Positions 10,601-21,249 are shown, counted from the stretch's first letter. The stretch is DNA of 64,000 nt from a candidate division FCPU426 bacterium (GCA_963840035.1 CAWIXE010000001.1:1056001-1120000), one strand, 5' to 3'. Numbers and translations: made by a program. Notes: generated from the sequence alone by a model not told the origin.

Positions 10601-13326
10601 GACCAGTCCTGCGCAGGCTCGCCGTTGCCTGCAATTGATACTGCGGTGACCAGCGGCTGAAGAGTGCCTATGCCGCCCGGGTAATGCATTGAAGTGTCAT
10701 TGTTAAAATATTTATGCAAAATGTGGGTTGGCAGCGAAGTGGAAGCCTGGAAGCCGATTATGAGCCTCTGGTTCCAGCAGTTGATAGCGTCGCAATTGGA
10801 TACCAAATCCTCGGTGGAAAGGCTTAAACCAAGCGTTCCCTCGTTGTTGACCGTTGTGACCACCCAGCCTGTCGGATTTGTCGCCGCGTTGTATACGCCG
10901 CGGTAGGTCGAATTCACAAAGTATGAAACCCTGTAATTCCCCCAGTCAATCCACGGTTCGGTTGCTTCGTGCGCCCCGCGTATGGTCAAAACTTTCCTGC
11001 CGGCCACAGTAAACGGGTTCTCGGCTATCGAGAATGTCACACCGTACCTTCCGCCGTTTATCCATCCGGCGCTGGAAGAATCGCAGTAGCTTATGGTATA
11101 AGTGATAGTGTCGCCCGGGTTAGCCATGTGGTTTGACGCTGTTTTTGTAAGGGCAAGCGCGGCAGCCACGATATCCACGCAGTTGGTCTTGCATATTTTT
11201 GTCACTTCATTGGGCTGGTCGTTGCTGGTCCAGCCTGTACCGTTCGTACAGGTAATGTCAGCTGTTGTGCAGTACTTCGAATTTGGAGCGTCATCGCGCA
11301 CCCTCACGACAAGCGTAACTCCGCCCATTGTGGCGTTTAAGTTTGAATAGCTGTGCAGCCCCGGCACGGCGCCAATGCTCCAGGTGATGGTTTTTCCTGA
11401 CTGCGTATACGGCCCCGTGGCGCTTGAAAAATCAAAAGCCGCAGGAAGTGTCTCTGAAATCACAACGCCTGTGGCGTCAGTTGAACTGTAGTTGCGGTAG
11501 TTTATCCAGTATGTAAGGATGTCGCCTGTAAAGGCGTAGGTCTTATTAATCGCCTTATAAATTTTCATGTTTGCCTTTTTATACTCGGGCGAAGCCAGGT
11601 TTATGTTATTCTCAACCGGGTCCGTATAATTGCCTGTTAAAACAAGCAGCCCCAGCATCCTGAACCATTCATGGAAATATACCGGGACGCCTGTTAAGTA
11701 CAGGTCGCCCTTTACCTGGGAATCCCATGTTACAAACAGTTCCCTGAGCATAGTTTCCATAAAGGCGAATTTTTGGGAGTTTAAGATGGCGGCCGAGGCT
11801 GAGCCCATGGTGTAATTAGTATGCCAGTCATTGGCCGCCCCGTTCATGACGCTGCCGTCGAGGAAATAGCCCTGCCTGGTTTCAGCGGCGCCTTTGAATG
11901 TCAGGCCGTAAGTACCCCATTGCATGCAGCGAGTGCCTGCCGCGTCCTCCAGGAAGTTGGCAACTTTTAAGGATGACAGGTATTCATAATTATTGCCGGT
12001 TGAGCCGTCGATTGTATGTGTGGATGGATTCCAAGTATTTGCCGCCGCCGGGTTGCCATAAAGCGTATAATCAAGGGCGTGCCTCCATATGGAGCGAAAA
12101 TCCTCCCCGTCGTTCATGTTCGCAAATGTAGCGTCTGTCGCTGTGGCGTTATAATACCCGGCGATAGGGTAAGCGTGTTTCGCGTTGAGCCTGCCCTGCA
12201 GCCAGAAGTCAGAGGCGGCGGCGCGCTCAAGCTGGTCGACATTGAACCTGCCGAAAGGAGTGCCGTTCCAGCGGAGATGCGTGGCGTCGGTTAAGTCAAG
12301 CGCCGCGTTGTTCCTGATAAGAGCGTCAGCAAACGCGCGCCAGTATGAAGGGCCGGTGTAATCGTAAAAATTTTCGTTTGTCGCGGCTGGGCCTTCGGTA
12401 AAACCGTAAGGGCCGTCCCATGGGTCTGTGGCCCCGTTAGGGGACGGCACAAAATTGGTGTTTTCGTTCTGGGTATTTCCGCCTTTATGATATCCGTCAA
12501 AACCTACGACGCCTGTAATCCAGTCCCTGGGCTGGTTAGTGTGGTCGTCGCCTAAATCCAGGGCTACAAGGTAGCGTATGGCCGCAAGCGCCATGTCCTT
12601 GTATTTGATGGCCTTTAAACCGCCGGTATTTGTTTCCGGGCCGTGGCCGCCCGTAGCGTAGTAACCGGTGAAATCGCCCCACTGATACCAGGCAAGCAAA
12701 AGCGCCATGGCAATATCCACGTCCCCGTCAGTTGCAGAGTCACCCGGCGGCGCGTAAACAGAAATGAAATGCTGCCCGAAATTCGCGCCGTTCGTGCCCC
12801 TGGAAACCCAGGAACCGTCTGAATACTTCATGGCGTTCATGAGGCGTCCGTTTTCGACAAGCCAGAACCAGATGCCGTCAAAAGTTTTCTTGTCAGCCAT
12901 CAACGCCGCGCACAAAAGCGCGTAACCCTGTCCCTCGGAGCAGTTGGCGTTATTCGCCTGGACATTTACCATCTGAAAATTTACCGGGTTGGCGTTATTT
13001 GCCAGCTTGTAATTGGGGGGCGCGCCGTCATAGGCAAACCTGTTTGCGAATATCTGCCACCCTTCGGCTATCCATTTTTCCATTTCCGCGTGCGACACGC
13101 CGTCAGGCTGGTGCGCAAAATCAGAGAGGGAATAAAGGGTCGCCTGGCCGCCGGCTTTATAGTTTTTAAACTGTGGAAAAGGCATGTTGGGCCCTGTGGT
13201 TAAGGGGTAGTTTGAATTTATGGTGACAGCCGCGGCGTTATATACGTTAATGGCGGCAAAAAAATCGCCGCAGGGAAACGTGAGAAATAACAAGGCTGTA
13301 ATGATTATTATTTTTTTAAAACGCAT
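7639..13326 (-). CDS. Secreted multidomain glycoside hydrolase family 8: GH8 + DUF11 domains with inserted CBM3-like and beta-sandwich modules + Thr-rich stalk + T9SS-like C-terminal domain
   Basis: Signal peptide; GH8 motifs CSEGQGYALL and SATDGDVDIAMALLLAWYQWG; DUF11 motifs; T-x-T-x tract; VFPNP...GIYY...KLFVIKD. Confidence 0.88.
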   Translation of the reverse strand: MRFKKIIIITALLFLTFPCGDFFAAINVYNAAAVTINSNYPLTTGPNMPFPQFKNYKAGGQATLYSLSDFAHQPDGVSHAEMEKWIAEGWQIFANRFAYDGAPPNYKLANNANPVNFQMVNVQANNANCSEGQGYALLCAALMADKKTFDGIWFWLVENGRLMNAMKYSDGSWVSRGTNGANFGQHFISVYAPPGDSATDGDVDIAMALLLAWYQWGDFTGYYATGGHGPETNTGGLKAIKYKDMALAAIRYLVALDLGDDHTNQPRDWITGVVGFDGYHKGGNTQNENTNFVPSPNGATDPWDGPYGFTEGPAATNENFYDYTGPSYWRAFADALIRNNAALDLTDATHLRWNGTPFGRFNVDQLERAAASDFWLQGRLNAKHAYPIAGYYNATATDATFANMNDGEDFRSIWRHALDYTLYGNPAAANTWNPSTHTIDGSTGNNYEYLSSLKVANFLEDAAGTRCMQWGTYGLTFKGAAETRQGYFLDGSVMNGAANDWHTNYTMGSASAAILNSQKFAFMETMLRELFVTWDSQVKGDLYLTGVPVYFHEWFRMLGLLVLTGNYTDPVENNINLASPEYKKANMKIYKAINKTYAFTGDILTYWINYRNYSSTDATGVVISETLPAAFDFSSATGPYTQSGKTITWSIGAVPGLHSYSNLNATMGGVTLVVRVRDDAPNSKYCTTADITCTNGTGWTSNDQPNEVTKICKTNCVDIVAAALALTKTASNHMANPGDTITYTISYCDSSSAGWINGGRYGVTFSIAENPFTVAGRKVLTIRGAHEATEPWIDWGNYRVSYFVNSTYRGVYNAATNPTGWVVTTVNNEGTLGLSLSTEDLVSNCDAINCWNQRLIIGFQASTSLPTHILHKYFNNDTSMHYPGGIGTLQPLVTAVSIAGNGEPAQDWSDDWSQLPITAPYSQVGYGNGLAYFPYPISPDWTKGDGTSIPVTTINLTSCNGTKPSLSNVLVEEFDGYTWRRVFGDGPQPGRQVKNVFVIDSLPTGVTFGGFIDSDSATKTVSGRNITVNAGNMLVNQCAELKYWVTVNGSCPSGIVNPDMINTAFIYGDNESPVADSATVSVTCAYVPPPPPAPASITKTATNASPALNSTFTYIIDYTSLNGSVVNSADASQNVFTAGNWTKRYGATGTWTFNGSQASTSADSSIYTYNYSHGINGTVQLRANIQDGQDFAVVVRHTAGTAVADGIYIRFNSQWDGNRIQIYNGATAIGTAKIATSMKNLDIKIVLNGDTISIFQKNITDTNFPPAADLSVSGIPIRAGFAGIANGSVPAFTQYTGGAHVVSSWRTELDTAFNTLIHDPLPAGLNYLGGTNSVTVTAAGDIKWPVITQMLKGSSISYQWYAVASGPCGPVVNTAFAVPQGVTYTIAAQSSIDIPCGVTTPTFTPTRTSTPSFTLTATPTCTKTSTQSATPTSTYSYTSTYSYTTTSSSTPTNTPTRTYTPTVTDTWTVTIFSPTFTPSWTSTATFTATPSFTVSSSPTSTNTPTGTYTFTLTPTMSSSATPTLTYTLTATFTMTHTPSSTPEDTPSSNTPTVTRTWTNTFTATQTFTPSPTSSDTATPSSTATMTPTFTGTRTLTDTQTATPTSSDTPTATGTKTLTNTPTASPTSTNTRTLTSTPTSSDTRTYTPTYTPSSTPTASLTVTLTPLPSPVNIKIELLSAGEDPKLGSVINYTILITNNTDSPVTNISVWDSVPTYVTLTNIGFAMPLAADSSSTYLHWDLSLDQYGDPFTLPPGEEIRIEYSVRVTSNPPGQEMIINRAGTDYNDLVYTPSFQKHPPQFSDLSLFPRSRPVVFPNPYNLNKDTTVKFDNIVPGSMIRIFTLSGESVKDIMCTSVRTTWDMKNKLGKTISQGIYYFVIVNPGSNTAKKGKLFVIKD

Positions 13327-13346
13327 TTAAACCGCCCTTAAACATA

Positions 13347-13442
13347 ATTTTCAATTTTATATTTTCAATTTTCAATTAACAACGGGAACAAACCGCGTCG
13401 TCCTGCCTTTAATTGAAAATTGAAAATTTAGAATTGAAAATT
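13347..13442. repeat. Heptamer inverted repeat, duplicated together with the GH8 3' end
   Basis: (TTTTCAA)n...(TTGAAAA)n with the same spacer (CGGGAACAAACCGCGTCGTCCTGCC) as at 7565. Confidence 0.75.
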
Positions 13443-16400
13443 AATCTTTAATAACAAACAACTTGCCTTTCTTAGCCGTATTGCTTCCCGGGTTTACAAT
13501 CACAAAATAATATATCCCCTGGGATATTGTCCTGCCTAATTTATTCTTCATGTCCCATGTCGTCCTGACTGTGGTGCACATGATATCCTTTACGCTCTCG
13601 CCCGAGAGGGTGAATATCCTTATCATGGAGCCCGGGACTATATTGTCAAATTTAACGGTTGTGTCTTTATTTAAGTTATACGGGTTCGGGAAAACAACCG
13701 GCCTGCTTCTCGGGAACAATGACAAATCCGAGAACTGGGGCGGGTGTTTCTGGAACGAGGGCGTATATACCAGGTCGTTATAGTCGGTGCCGGCCCTGTT
13801 AATGATCATGTCCTGTCCCGGCGGCGTGGAAGTGACGCGCACGCTGTACTCAATGCGTATCTCTTCGCCGGGGGGAAGAGTGAACGGGTCGCCATACTGG
13901 TCTAATGAAAGGTCCCAGTGAAGGTAAGTGGATGAGGAATCAGCCGCAAGGGGCATGGCGAATCCGATATTGGTAAGCGTTACATATGTGGGCACTGAAT
14001 CCCAGACTGATATGTTTGTAACGGGCGAATCAGTATTGTTGGTGATCAATATTGTATAGTTGATGACAGACCCCAGTTTGGGGTCCTCGCCAGCGGATAA
14101 AAGTTCTATTTTAATGTTAACCGGCGAAGGGAGAGGTGTTAAAGTTACGGTAAGTGAAGCTGTGGGTGTGGAAGAAGCCGTATAAGTCGGGGTATAGGTG
14201 CGCGTATCACTGGAAGTGGGCGTGGAAGTAAGAGTGCGAGTGTTTGTGGAGGTAGGCGATGCTGTGGGCGTGTTTGTAAGTGTTTTTGTGCCTGTGGCAG
14301 TCGGTGTGTCAGATGACGTAGGCGTGGCTGTCTGCGTGTTTGTAAGTGTCTTTGTGCCTGTGGCGGTAGGCGTGTCAGATGATGTAGGCGTGGCTGTCTG
14401 TGTGTCTGTAAGTGTCCTTGTACCTGTGAAAGTCGGTGTCATTGTGGACGTGGAAGAAGGCGTGGCAGTATCAGAAGATGTGGGCGATGGCGTGAATGTC
14501 TGCGTCGCTGTAAAGGTATTTGTCCACGTCCTGGTGGCTGTGGGAGTATTAGACGACGGTGTATCCTCGGGTGTGGATGATGGTGTGTGCGTCATGGTGA
14601 ATGTGGCCGTGAGCGTGGAAGTAAGCGTGGGTGTGGCTGAAGAAGACATAGTGGGAGTCAGGGTAAAGGTATAAGTCCCAGTAGGGGTATTAGTCGATGT
14701 CGGAGAAGAAGAGGAAGTGAAAGTAGGGGTGGCGGTAAAAGTGGCCGTCGAAGTCCAGCTCGGGGTGAAGGTCGGCGAAAAAATGGTGACGGTCCATGTA
14801 TCCGTTACAGTCGGCGTTGAAGTGCGTGTCGATGTATTTGTGGGTGTGGATGACGATGTGGCTGTATATGAATATGTGGATGTAGGTGTCGCGCTTTGAG
14901 TGGCGGTTCTAGTAAACGTTGATGTTGATGTGACGGTAGAAGATGAAGTCGGCGTCTTGGTGGGCGTGAAAGTAGGGGTTGTGGCCCCGCAGTTGACCCT
15001 GACAATTGTGGCGGCGATTATCGGGGTTATTATTCCCTGGGGATAAACCCTGACAGTGTTTGTTATATTCTGGCACGAGCCGGTGACCTGGCCCCACCAT
15101 GTGAAGGCGGCGGCCTGGTTCAGATTAAGCACTGCTATTGTCGGCCAGCTGACAACACCGGTATTTAAGGCAGCGCCGCCGGATCCGCCGATAAATGAAA
15201 CACCGGCAGGCAGGGTGTCAAGGACCGCGGTATTATAGGAGGTGTCAAGTTCCGAGTGCCATGATGTCAGCCAGTGGGTGCCGTAATTATCAGTAACGGT
15301 TCCGGGAATACCGTTTATAACGCCGGCGTAACCTGGCTGGACTGTCATGCCTGTCATGGAGACAGGCGTGGAGAATCCTTCAAAACTCTGCGTGAGAGTG
15401 TTGTCAATATAACATACAATAGTGGGGCCGTTTAATACAACTTTAAGGTCGAAATCGGCATTTATCAGGATGCTTTGAGTTGTGCCCACCTGGGTTGTAC
15501 CGTTCCAGAATCTCACCTCACCATTAACCGGCGGGTTTGGTTTAAACGTAATATGCACGCCGTTTGCCGGGCCGTTAACGCCTGTGTGCCTGACAGTTAT
15601 TCCAAATACCGCAAAATTCTGCATGTGCACACGCGCGATGATAACGCCGTTCGTTCCGTTTGAGGAATTGTTTGTCATGATTGTGCTTTGATTCGAAATA
15701 TTTGATATTTTTCCTCCAGTGACAGTCATGTTCGTAGCCGGGGTGTTGCGGTTTGTCCAGCTGGCGGCGGAAGTGAGCGGGTCGTCTATTATGGAACCGT
15801 ATGTGTTGGAATAATTAATCGTGTACGTTACTGTATCGCCTGTATTATATGTTGCCTGGCTTGCGGTTTTAGTCAGTGATGCCGGCGCCGGGGTCGAAGT
15901 CGGAACAGCGGCGCAGGTGATGGTCACGCGTTTTGCGTCAAAGACGTAGGACTCATTATCCGCGATAGCGAAGGCAATGTTATCGGCGTACTGGTCAAGG
16001 CCCGGGCAGCCGATGGGGTTTACAGTAGTCCAGTATTTTCTGGTCTGGCATTCATTGACAAGCATTGAGGCGGTTGTCCATTGCAGTGTCCTGCCACCCG
16101 GTTGTGTCCCTGCGGTACCGAGCCATCCACCAAAAGTAACCTGGGTGGGAAGAGAATCCGTAACAACGATATTATCCAGCTGCCTTCCGGGCTGCGGGCC
16201 GTTGCCGAAAACCCTGCGCCAGGTATAGCCGTCAAATTCTTCTATGAGGATATTATCCACGCTGTGCAAAGAGGTGTTCGTGGCATCGCAGGCTTCTTTG
16301 TTTATTTTTGTCACAGGCACTGATGTCCCGTCGCCTTTTGTCCAGTCAGGCGTTATGGGCCAGAATGGGTCATTCTGGGTTGCTGTTTCCCAGGCCGCCG

Positions 16401-18965
16401 CCTGAGACCAGTCGTCGGTCCAGTCCTGGGGATTATATCCCGCGGTGATTCTTCCTTTTATTATGAAAGGGGCAAGCGTATTGCCCATGTGTATTAATGA
16501 GGGAACACCGGCTACATTGAATAGTTGGTGTGTCGGTATGGTTCCGGCGTTTCCAAACTGAAGCATAATCCTCTGGTTCCAGGAGCCGCGCGCGTCTGTA
16601 CCGGGCACCAGGTCCTCGGTGACAACCTGCTGTGAACCGTTTGGAAAACCAGCCACATAATCCAGCGCGATGGTCCATGCCGCGCCGTGATAGGATGAGT
16701 TCAGGAAGTATGAAATCCTGTAATTCTGCCAGTTGATGACCGGCTCTGTCGCGGCGTGGTTGGCGCGCAGATAAAAAGTAAGCGCGTCGGTTGCCGTGCC
16801 GGGGACCGAGTCCACGGCAAATGAGAAATTAACCCCGGACCTGCCGCCGTTTATCCAACCTGCTTTTGATGAATCGCAGTACTGCAGGGTATAGGTTATA
16901 GTGTCCCCGCCGTTTGCTAGATATGAAGAGGCTGTTTTTGTTATGGTCAGGGCCGCGGGAACTATGTCCACGCAGTTGGTCTGGCAGGTGTCTGTTACTT
17001 CGTTGGGGATATCATTTGACCGCCAGCCTGAGCCGTTAGTGCAGCGGATGTCGGTTGTATTGCATATTTTTGTGAGGCCCGCGGTATCCTTAATGCGCAC
17101 CACGAGTGTAATGCCTCCCTGTGTGGGGACGATATTCTGGTTCTGTACGCCTGTGACGGTAAAAGGCCCCCATTCATAAACGTTGCCGCCGAGAGGCGTG
17201 GCTGCCGGAACAGACGATACAAAGTCATACTCTGCCGCAAGAGTGTCGCGGACTACCACGTTATTCGCGGTAAGCGTGCCGTAATTGCGGTAATTCATGC
17301 GGTATGTGATGAGGTCCCCTGCGAATGAATAAGTTTTATTGACGGCTTTATATACTTTCATGTTGGCGGTTGGCGCTATGTTACACGGGTTGGTATGATT
17401 GCCGGTTAATATCATGAGGCCAAGCTGCCTGAACCAGCCGTGGTAATAATGCGGCACTGAAGTGATGTAACCGTCCCCGGGGGTTGTGGCGTCCCATAGT
17501 ATCATGGCTTCCCTGAAAAAATCTCCGGCTAAGGTATAGTCGTTATTTTGTTTGGAACCTACGAGTATGCTCGGCGCGCCTGTCCCGAAATACCAGTTTA
17601 AGTGGAACTGGAAGGATACGGGATTTCCGTCCATGTCGTAATCATGCGCCACGCCCGCGGCGCCCTGATAGCTGATGGGCCCGGCATTCGCCCATTTGAT
17701 GCAGGGTATGTCGTTTTTGAAAAAATTATAAACTTTGAGAGCCGTGCTGTATTGATAAGAGTTGCCTATGGCTGTCGGCTGATGCGTGGTTGGGTTCCAC
17801 GTAGTCGCCGGGTCTCCAAACCACAGGTTGTCAATTCCTTTTCTCCACATGCCCCTGAAATCCTCGCCTTCGTTGAACCTTCTGAATGAAGCGGTCTGCG
17901 TGGCTTCGTTTACGCTGTATATGCCGACAACCGGGAACACATGGCTCAAGCTGAGCTGGTTTTGCAGCCAGGCATCCGCGGCTGAAGCGCGAAGGTATTG
18001 GTTTACGTTTGACCAGCCGCCTGTGCCGGGGGTATTATCCCTGGCAGCCCCGTATGACTGGAGCGCGCAAGCGAAAGTATTTAAATATCCTGAACCTGTA
18101 TAATCATAATAGTTTTCTGAAGGCCCGGCAAACTGCGGCCGCGCGCCGAATAAGGCAAGGCCTGTGGTCGTGCCCCAGGCTGTCGTTTCTCCTGAAAAAC
18201 CGCCGCCTGTGTTGCCGCCGCGCGCGTAACCGTCAAACCCAATATCTCCCGAGGTCCACTGATTGTCGCCTAAGTTGTTCCCTTCGTCTTTTTCTACCAT
18301 GAAGCGCATCATGTCGAGGGCCATCTGCCTGTACTCGATTTCGTTTCCGCCTGCCCCTGCCGCGCCTGTTCCGCCCGGAGCGTAATACCCGCTTCCATTG
18401 CCCCACTGTTTCCATGCTATGAGGGCTGCCATTGCTATGTCCATGTCGCCGTCAGCAGCGGTATCCGAACCAGTCCCGTATACTGCCGGAGCGTGGGAGC
18501 CGAAAACATAACCCGCGTCATTTACGGCTCCGGTTGAATATATTTTGGTCTTATGGAAATAACCGTTCTCGTTAAGATAAAACCATAACCCGTCAAAAGC
18601 GTCCTTGTCGCACATAAGCGCCGCTGCCAAAAGCGCGTAACCGTGGCCTTCAGAGCACCATGGGGAGGAGCTGTCCCTTATGAGCTGGACTGTCTTTCCT
18701 CCGTAAGTAATTGAACCGTTGTAGTTGAATTCGTTGGAATGTATCTTCCATGCCTCGCGGAGCCATTTTTCCATTTCAGCGTGAGAAACGCCGTCAGGCT
18801 GTACTGACGAGTCTGAAGCGATTTAATGCCATTGGCGTAATTTAGGAACTGGGGGAATGGGAGAACCGGATTTCCGGAATTGATATTTATGTTAATTGCT
18901 GAAAAGACAAAAATGGGCATAAGCATAGATATGATGACTGTAAGCGTTAAAATTTTATGTTTCAT
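13441..18965 (-). CDS. Second GH8 multidomain paralog; single-base deletion near 18815 separates the signal peptide (track ORF 18678-18965) from the body (13441-18774)
   Basis: MKHKILTL...PFPQFLNY matches the paralog's PFPQFKNY. Adding one T to CTT^CAGAC restores SLSDSSVQPDGVSHAEMEKW (paralog SLSDFAHQPDGVSHAEMEKW). Motifs CSEGHGYALL and AADGDMDIAMA. Confidence 0.87.
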
Positions 18966-19026
18966 CCCGCAAACACCCTTTCATGATAAGAAATGCCGTT
19001 CTATTTTTGCGTGAAAGCACAACCGT

Positions 19027-19055
19027 ATTATACAAATATATCGCTTTTATGTCAA
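19027..19055 (-). promoter_or_regulatory. Consensus sigma70 promoter for the GH8 genes
   Basis: Minus strand TTGACA-taaaagcgatatatttg(17)-TATAAT, perfect consensus. Confidence 0.85.
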
Positions 19056-19145
19056 TTGGTATACCGTTTAAGTAACCCAAAAATTTAGACACATATAATA
19101 ATGAAAGGTTTCGCTGTTTTTGAACGTAAAAGCCTTAAAAAAAAT

Positions 19146-19174
19146 TTGACATGGGCAGGATGCGGTGTTAAAAT
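19146..19174 (+). promoter_or_regulatory. Divergent sigma70 promoter for the solute-binding protein gene
   Basis: TTGACA-N17-TAAAAT with extended -10 TG. Confidence 0.75.
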
Positions 19175-19200
19175 TATCAAAAGAAAATAGGGAGGTTTAC

Positions 19201-20491
19201 ATGAAAAAAACTCTGAAAACGCTTTCGCTCGCTGTATTTGTCCTTGTTATTCTCCTTCTTGTACTGACATCCTGCGGAAAAATAGGCAGCCAGGTTACTT
19301 TGCGCTGCGCTTACTGGGGTGACACTTCCGAGATTGAAATCATAAAAAGCAGCGTGGAACTCTTTAAGAAAAACAACCCGGGCATTGACGTAAAGCTTGA
19401 GAGGCTTCCTGCCGGGGACGCGTACACGGAAAAAATAATTACGCAGATAGCCGGCGGCAACCCCGTGGATGTCATGTTTGTCAATGCCGAGCAGTTTTAC
19501 ATCTACGCGAAAAAAGGCATACTGCTTCCTTTAAACGCCAACGTTGAAAAAGACAAGTTCCCTGTGGATAAGTTCTACGCAAAGATAATAGACAAATTCA
19601 CCGTTGATAAAAACCTCTATGTCCTCCCGCGCGACATCGCGCCTGTGTGCGTGGTGTTTTACAATAAAGAACTCTTTGACGCCGCGGGATTGCGGTACCC
19701 GACGCCTGAATGGAAATGGGATGACATGAGGGCCATGGCAGTAAAGCTGACCCAGAAGATGGCGGACGGCACCACTGTGTTCGGCTACGCGGACGAGTGG
19801 GGGATATGGGACCCTTTTGTTTTATCCAACGGCGGAAAATATGTGGATGACTTAAAGAACCCGAAGAAATGCCTCCTTGATTCAAAAGAAGCCATAGCCG
19901 GCCTGCAGTACAGGCAGGATCTTATTTATAAATATAAGGTAATGCCTTCGCCTTCGCAGCTTTCAGCCATGGGCGGAGTGGGAGCGGCTGACCTTTTCAT
20001 ACAGGGCAAGGCAGCCATGTTCCTCTCAGGCATCTGGAAGACGCCATATTTCAGGACGACCATGAAACAGAAATGGGACGCCACTGTATTCCCGAAGGGG
20101 CCCTCAGGCAAGAAGGGGTATTTAATCAGCGGCGGCGGATATTCCATACTTAAGTCAACAAAGCACCCTGAGGAGGCGTGGAAACTTCTTACGTATTTAG
20201 CCGGTGAAGAAGGGCAAAAGCAGCTGGCTAAGACAGGCCTCGCGCAGACCTGCCATTAAAGCCATAGCTGAATCAGCTGATTTCATAGACGGCAACCCGC
20301 CTGCTTCAAAGAAGTTCCTCTTAGACGCGGTCAACTACGGGTGTTTTGTGCCGGACAACGACCACTGGCAGCAGGCGTTAAGCGCCTCCATCATCCCGTC
20401 AATGGACAAGATATGGGCGGGAACAAAAAAACCCGCGGAGATAATGCCGGCAGTGGCGAAGGAAGTTACGAAGATAATAAACGAGGAATAA
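19201..20491 (+). CDS. Sugar ABC transporter substrate-binding lipoprotein; +1 frameshift near 20247
   Basis: RBS GGAGG, lipobox LTSC, motifs AGGNPVDV, YNKELFDAAG, PEWKWDD, GKAAM. Removing one A from CAGACCTGCC gives GLAQPAIKAIAES and joins track ORF 20204-20491. Confidence 0.85.
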
Positions 20492-20495
20492 AACC

Positions 20496-20617
20496 AGTTC
20501 GGAGTTCGGAGGGTGGGGTTCGGAGTTGATAGGCGGGTTTTAAAGTTGAGGCTAAGGGCTTTGGATGTTTGATTTTATTGTTTTTCTACTCCGAACTCTA
20601 CCCTCCGAACTCCGAAC
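20496..20617. repeat. Heptamer (TTCGGAG)n/(CTCCGAA)n inverted repeat between convergent genes
   Basis: GTTCGGAGTTCGGAGGGTGGGGTTCGGAGT ... ACTCCGAACTCTACCCTCCGAACTCCGAAC. Confidence 0.8.
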
Positions 20618-20625
20618 AGCAGTTA

Positions 20626-21087
20626 TTACGTGTTCGCCCTATTTTCAATCCACGCTATGTTTATTTTTTCCGTATGCCTTCTTGTGTCGGCTTCAAGCGT
20701 GTTCAGGACTTTTTTCAGCACGTCGGGGTCGCCTTTGAAGACTTCAAAAAACCTTCTCTCTATCATCGACCTCTCCACTTCGCGCGCGATTGTAAGCGCC
20801 TGTATGAGGGTCATGCCTCCAAAGGCGATGTTGTCTTTTTCTTTTTTGAGGTAGTTGAGCATGGTCTTTATCAGCTCTTCCTTGAACCTGTGGGGCTCAA
20901 GCACCAGCGCGCCTGACTCTACTTCCGCCTTTAACGTGGCAATGAGATCGGCGTGTCCGTTCTCTTCAAAAGCCACGGAATTCCAGAACTCCGAATACAT
21001 GGGGAATGTTTCCGCGTACGCGGAATACAAGTCTTTTAAGGCGGTTTCGTGGGCTATAAGAAGTTCGATTACGCTAGTGTCGGGCAT
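20626..21087 (-). CDS. Ferritin-like / rubrerythrin-fold protein
   Basis: HE...Y...EENGH and E...DTRRH four-helix diiron-like pattern; start after AAGGA. Confidence 0.65.
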   Translation of the reverse strand: MPDTSVIELLIAHETALKDLYSAYAETFPMYSEFWNSVAFEENGHADLIATLKAEVESGALVLEPHRFKEELIKTMLNYLKKEKDNIAFGGMTLIQALTIAREVERSMIERRFFEVFKGDPDVLKKVLNTLEADTRRHTEKINIAWIENRANT

Positions 21088-21100
21088 GGTTTTTTCCTTT

Positions 21101-21127
21101 GTAGGGGACGCGCTCCTGCGCGTCCCG
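21101..21127. repeat. Single GTAG-type REP
   Basis: GTAGGGGACGCGCTCCTGCGCGTCCCG. Confidence 0.6.
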
Positions 21128-21249
21128 AATGTGGTTTTAAAACGGGGCATAGGGCCGATAATCGAAAATAGAGAATTGACCGGGGATGCCTTAAATTATA
21201 TAGATTATTGAGGCATCCCCTAGACCATATTTTCGCTTTAGCGAAAATA

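Noticed and set aside
2..18965. Cellulosome scaffoldin interpretation of the CBM3-bearing proteins
   Set aside because: No cohesin or dockerin motifs were recognised; the repeats are DUF11-type
19100..19115. LacI/CcpA-like operator TGAAAGGTTTCG
   Set aside because: Imperfect single site with no regulator nearby; too weak to call
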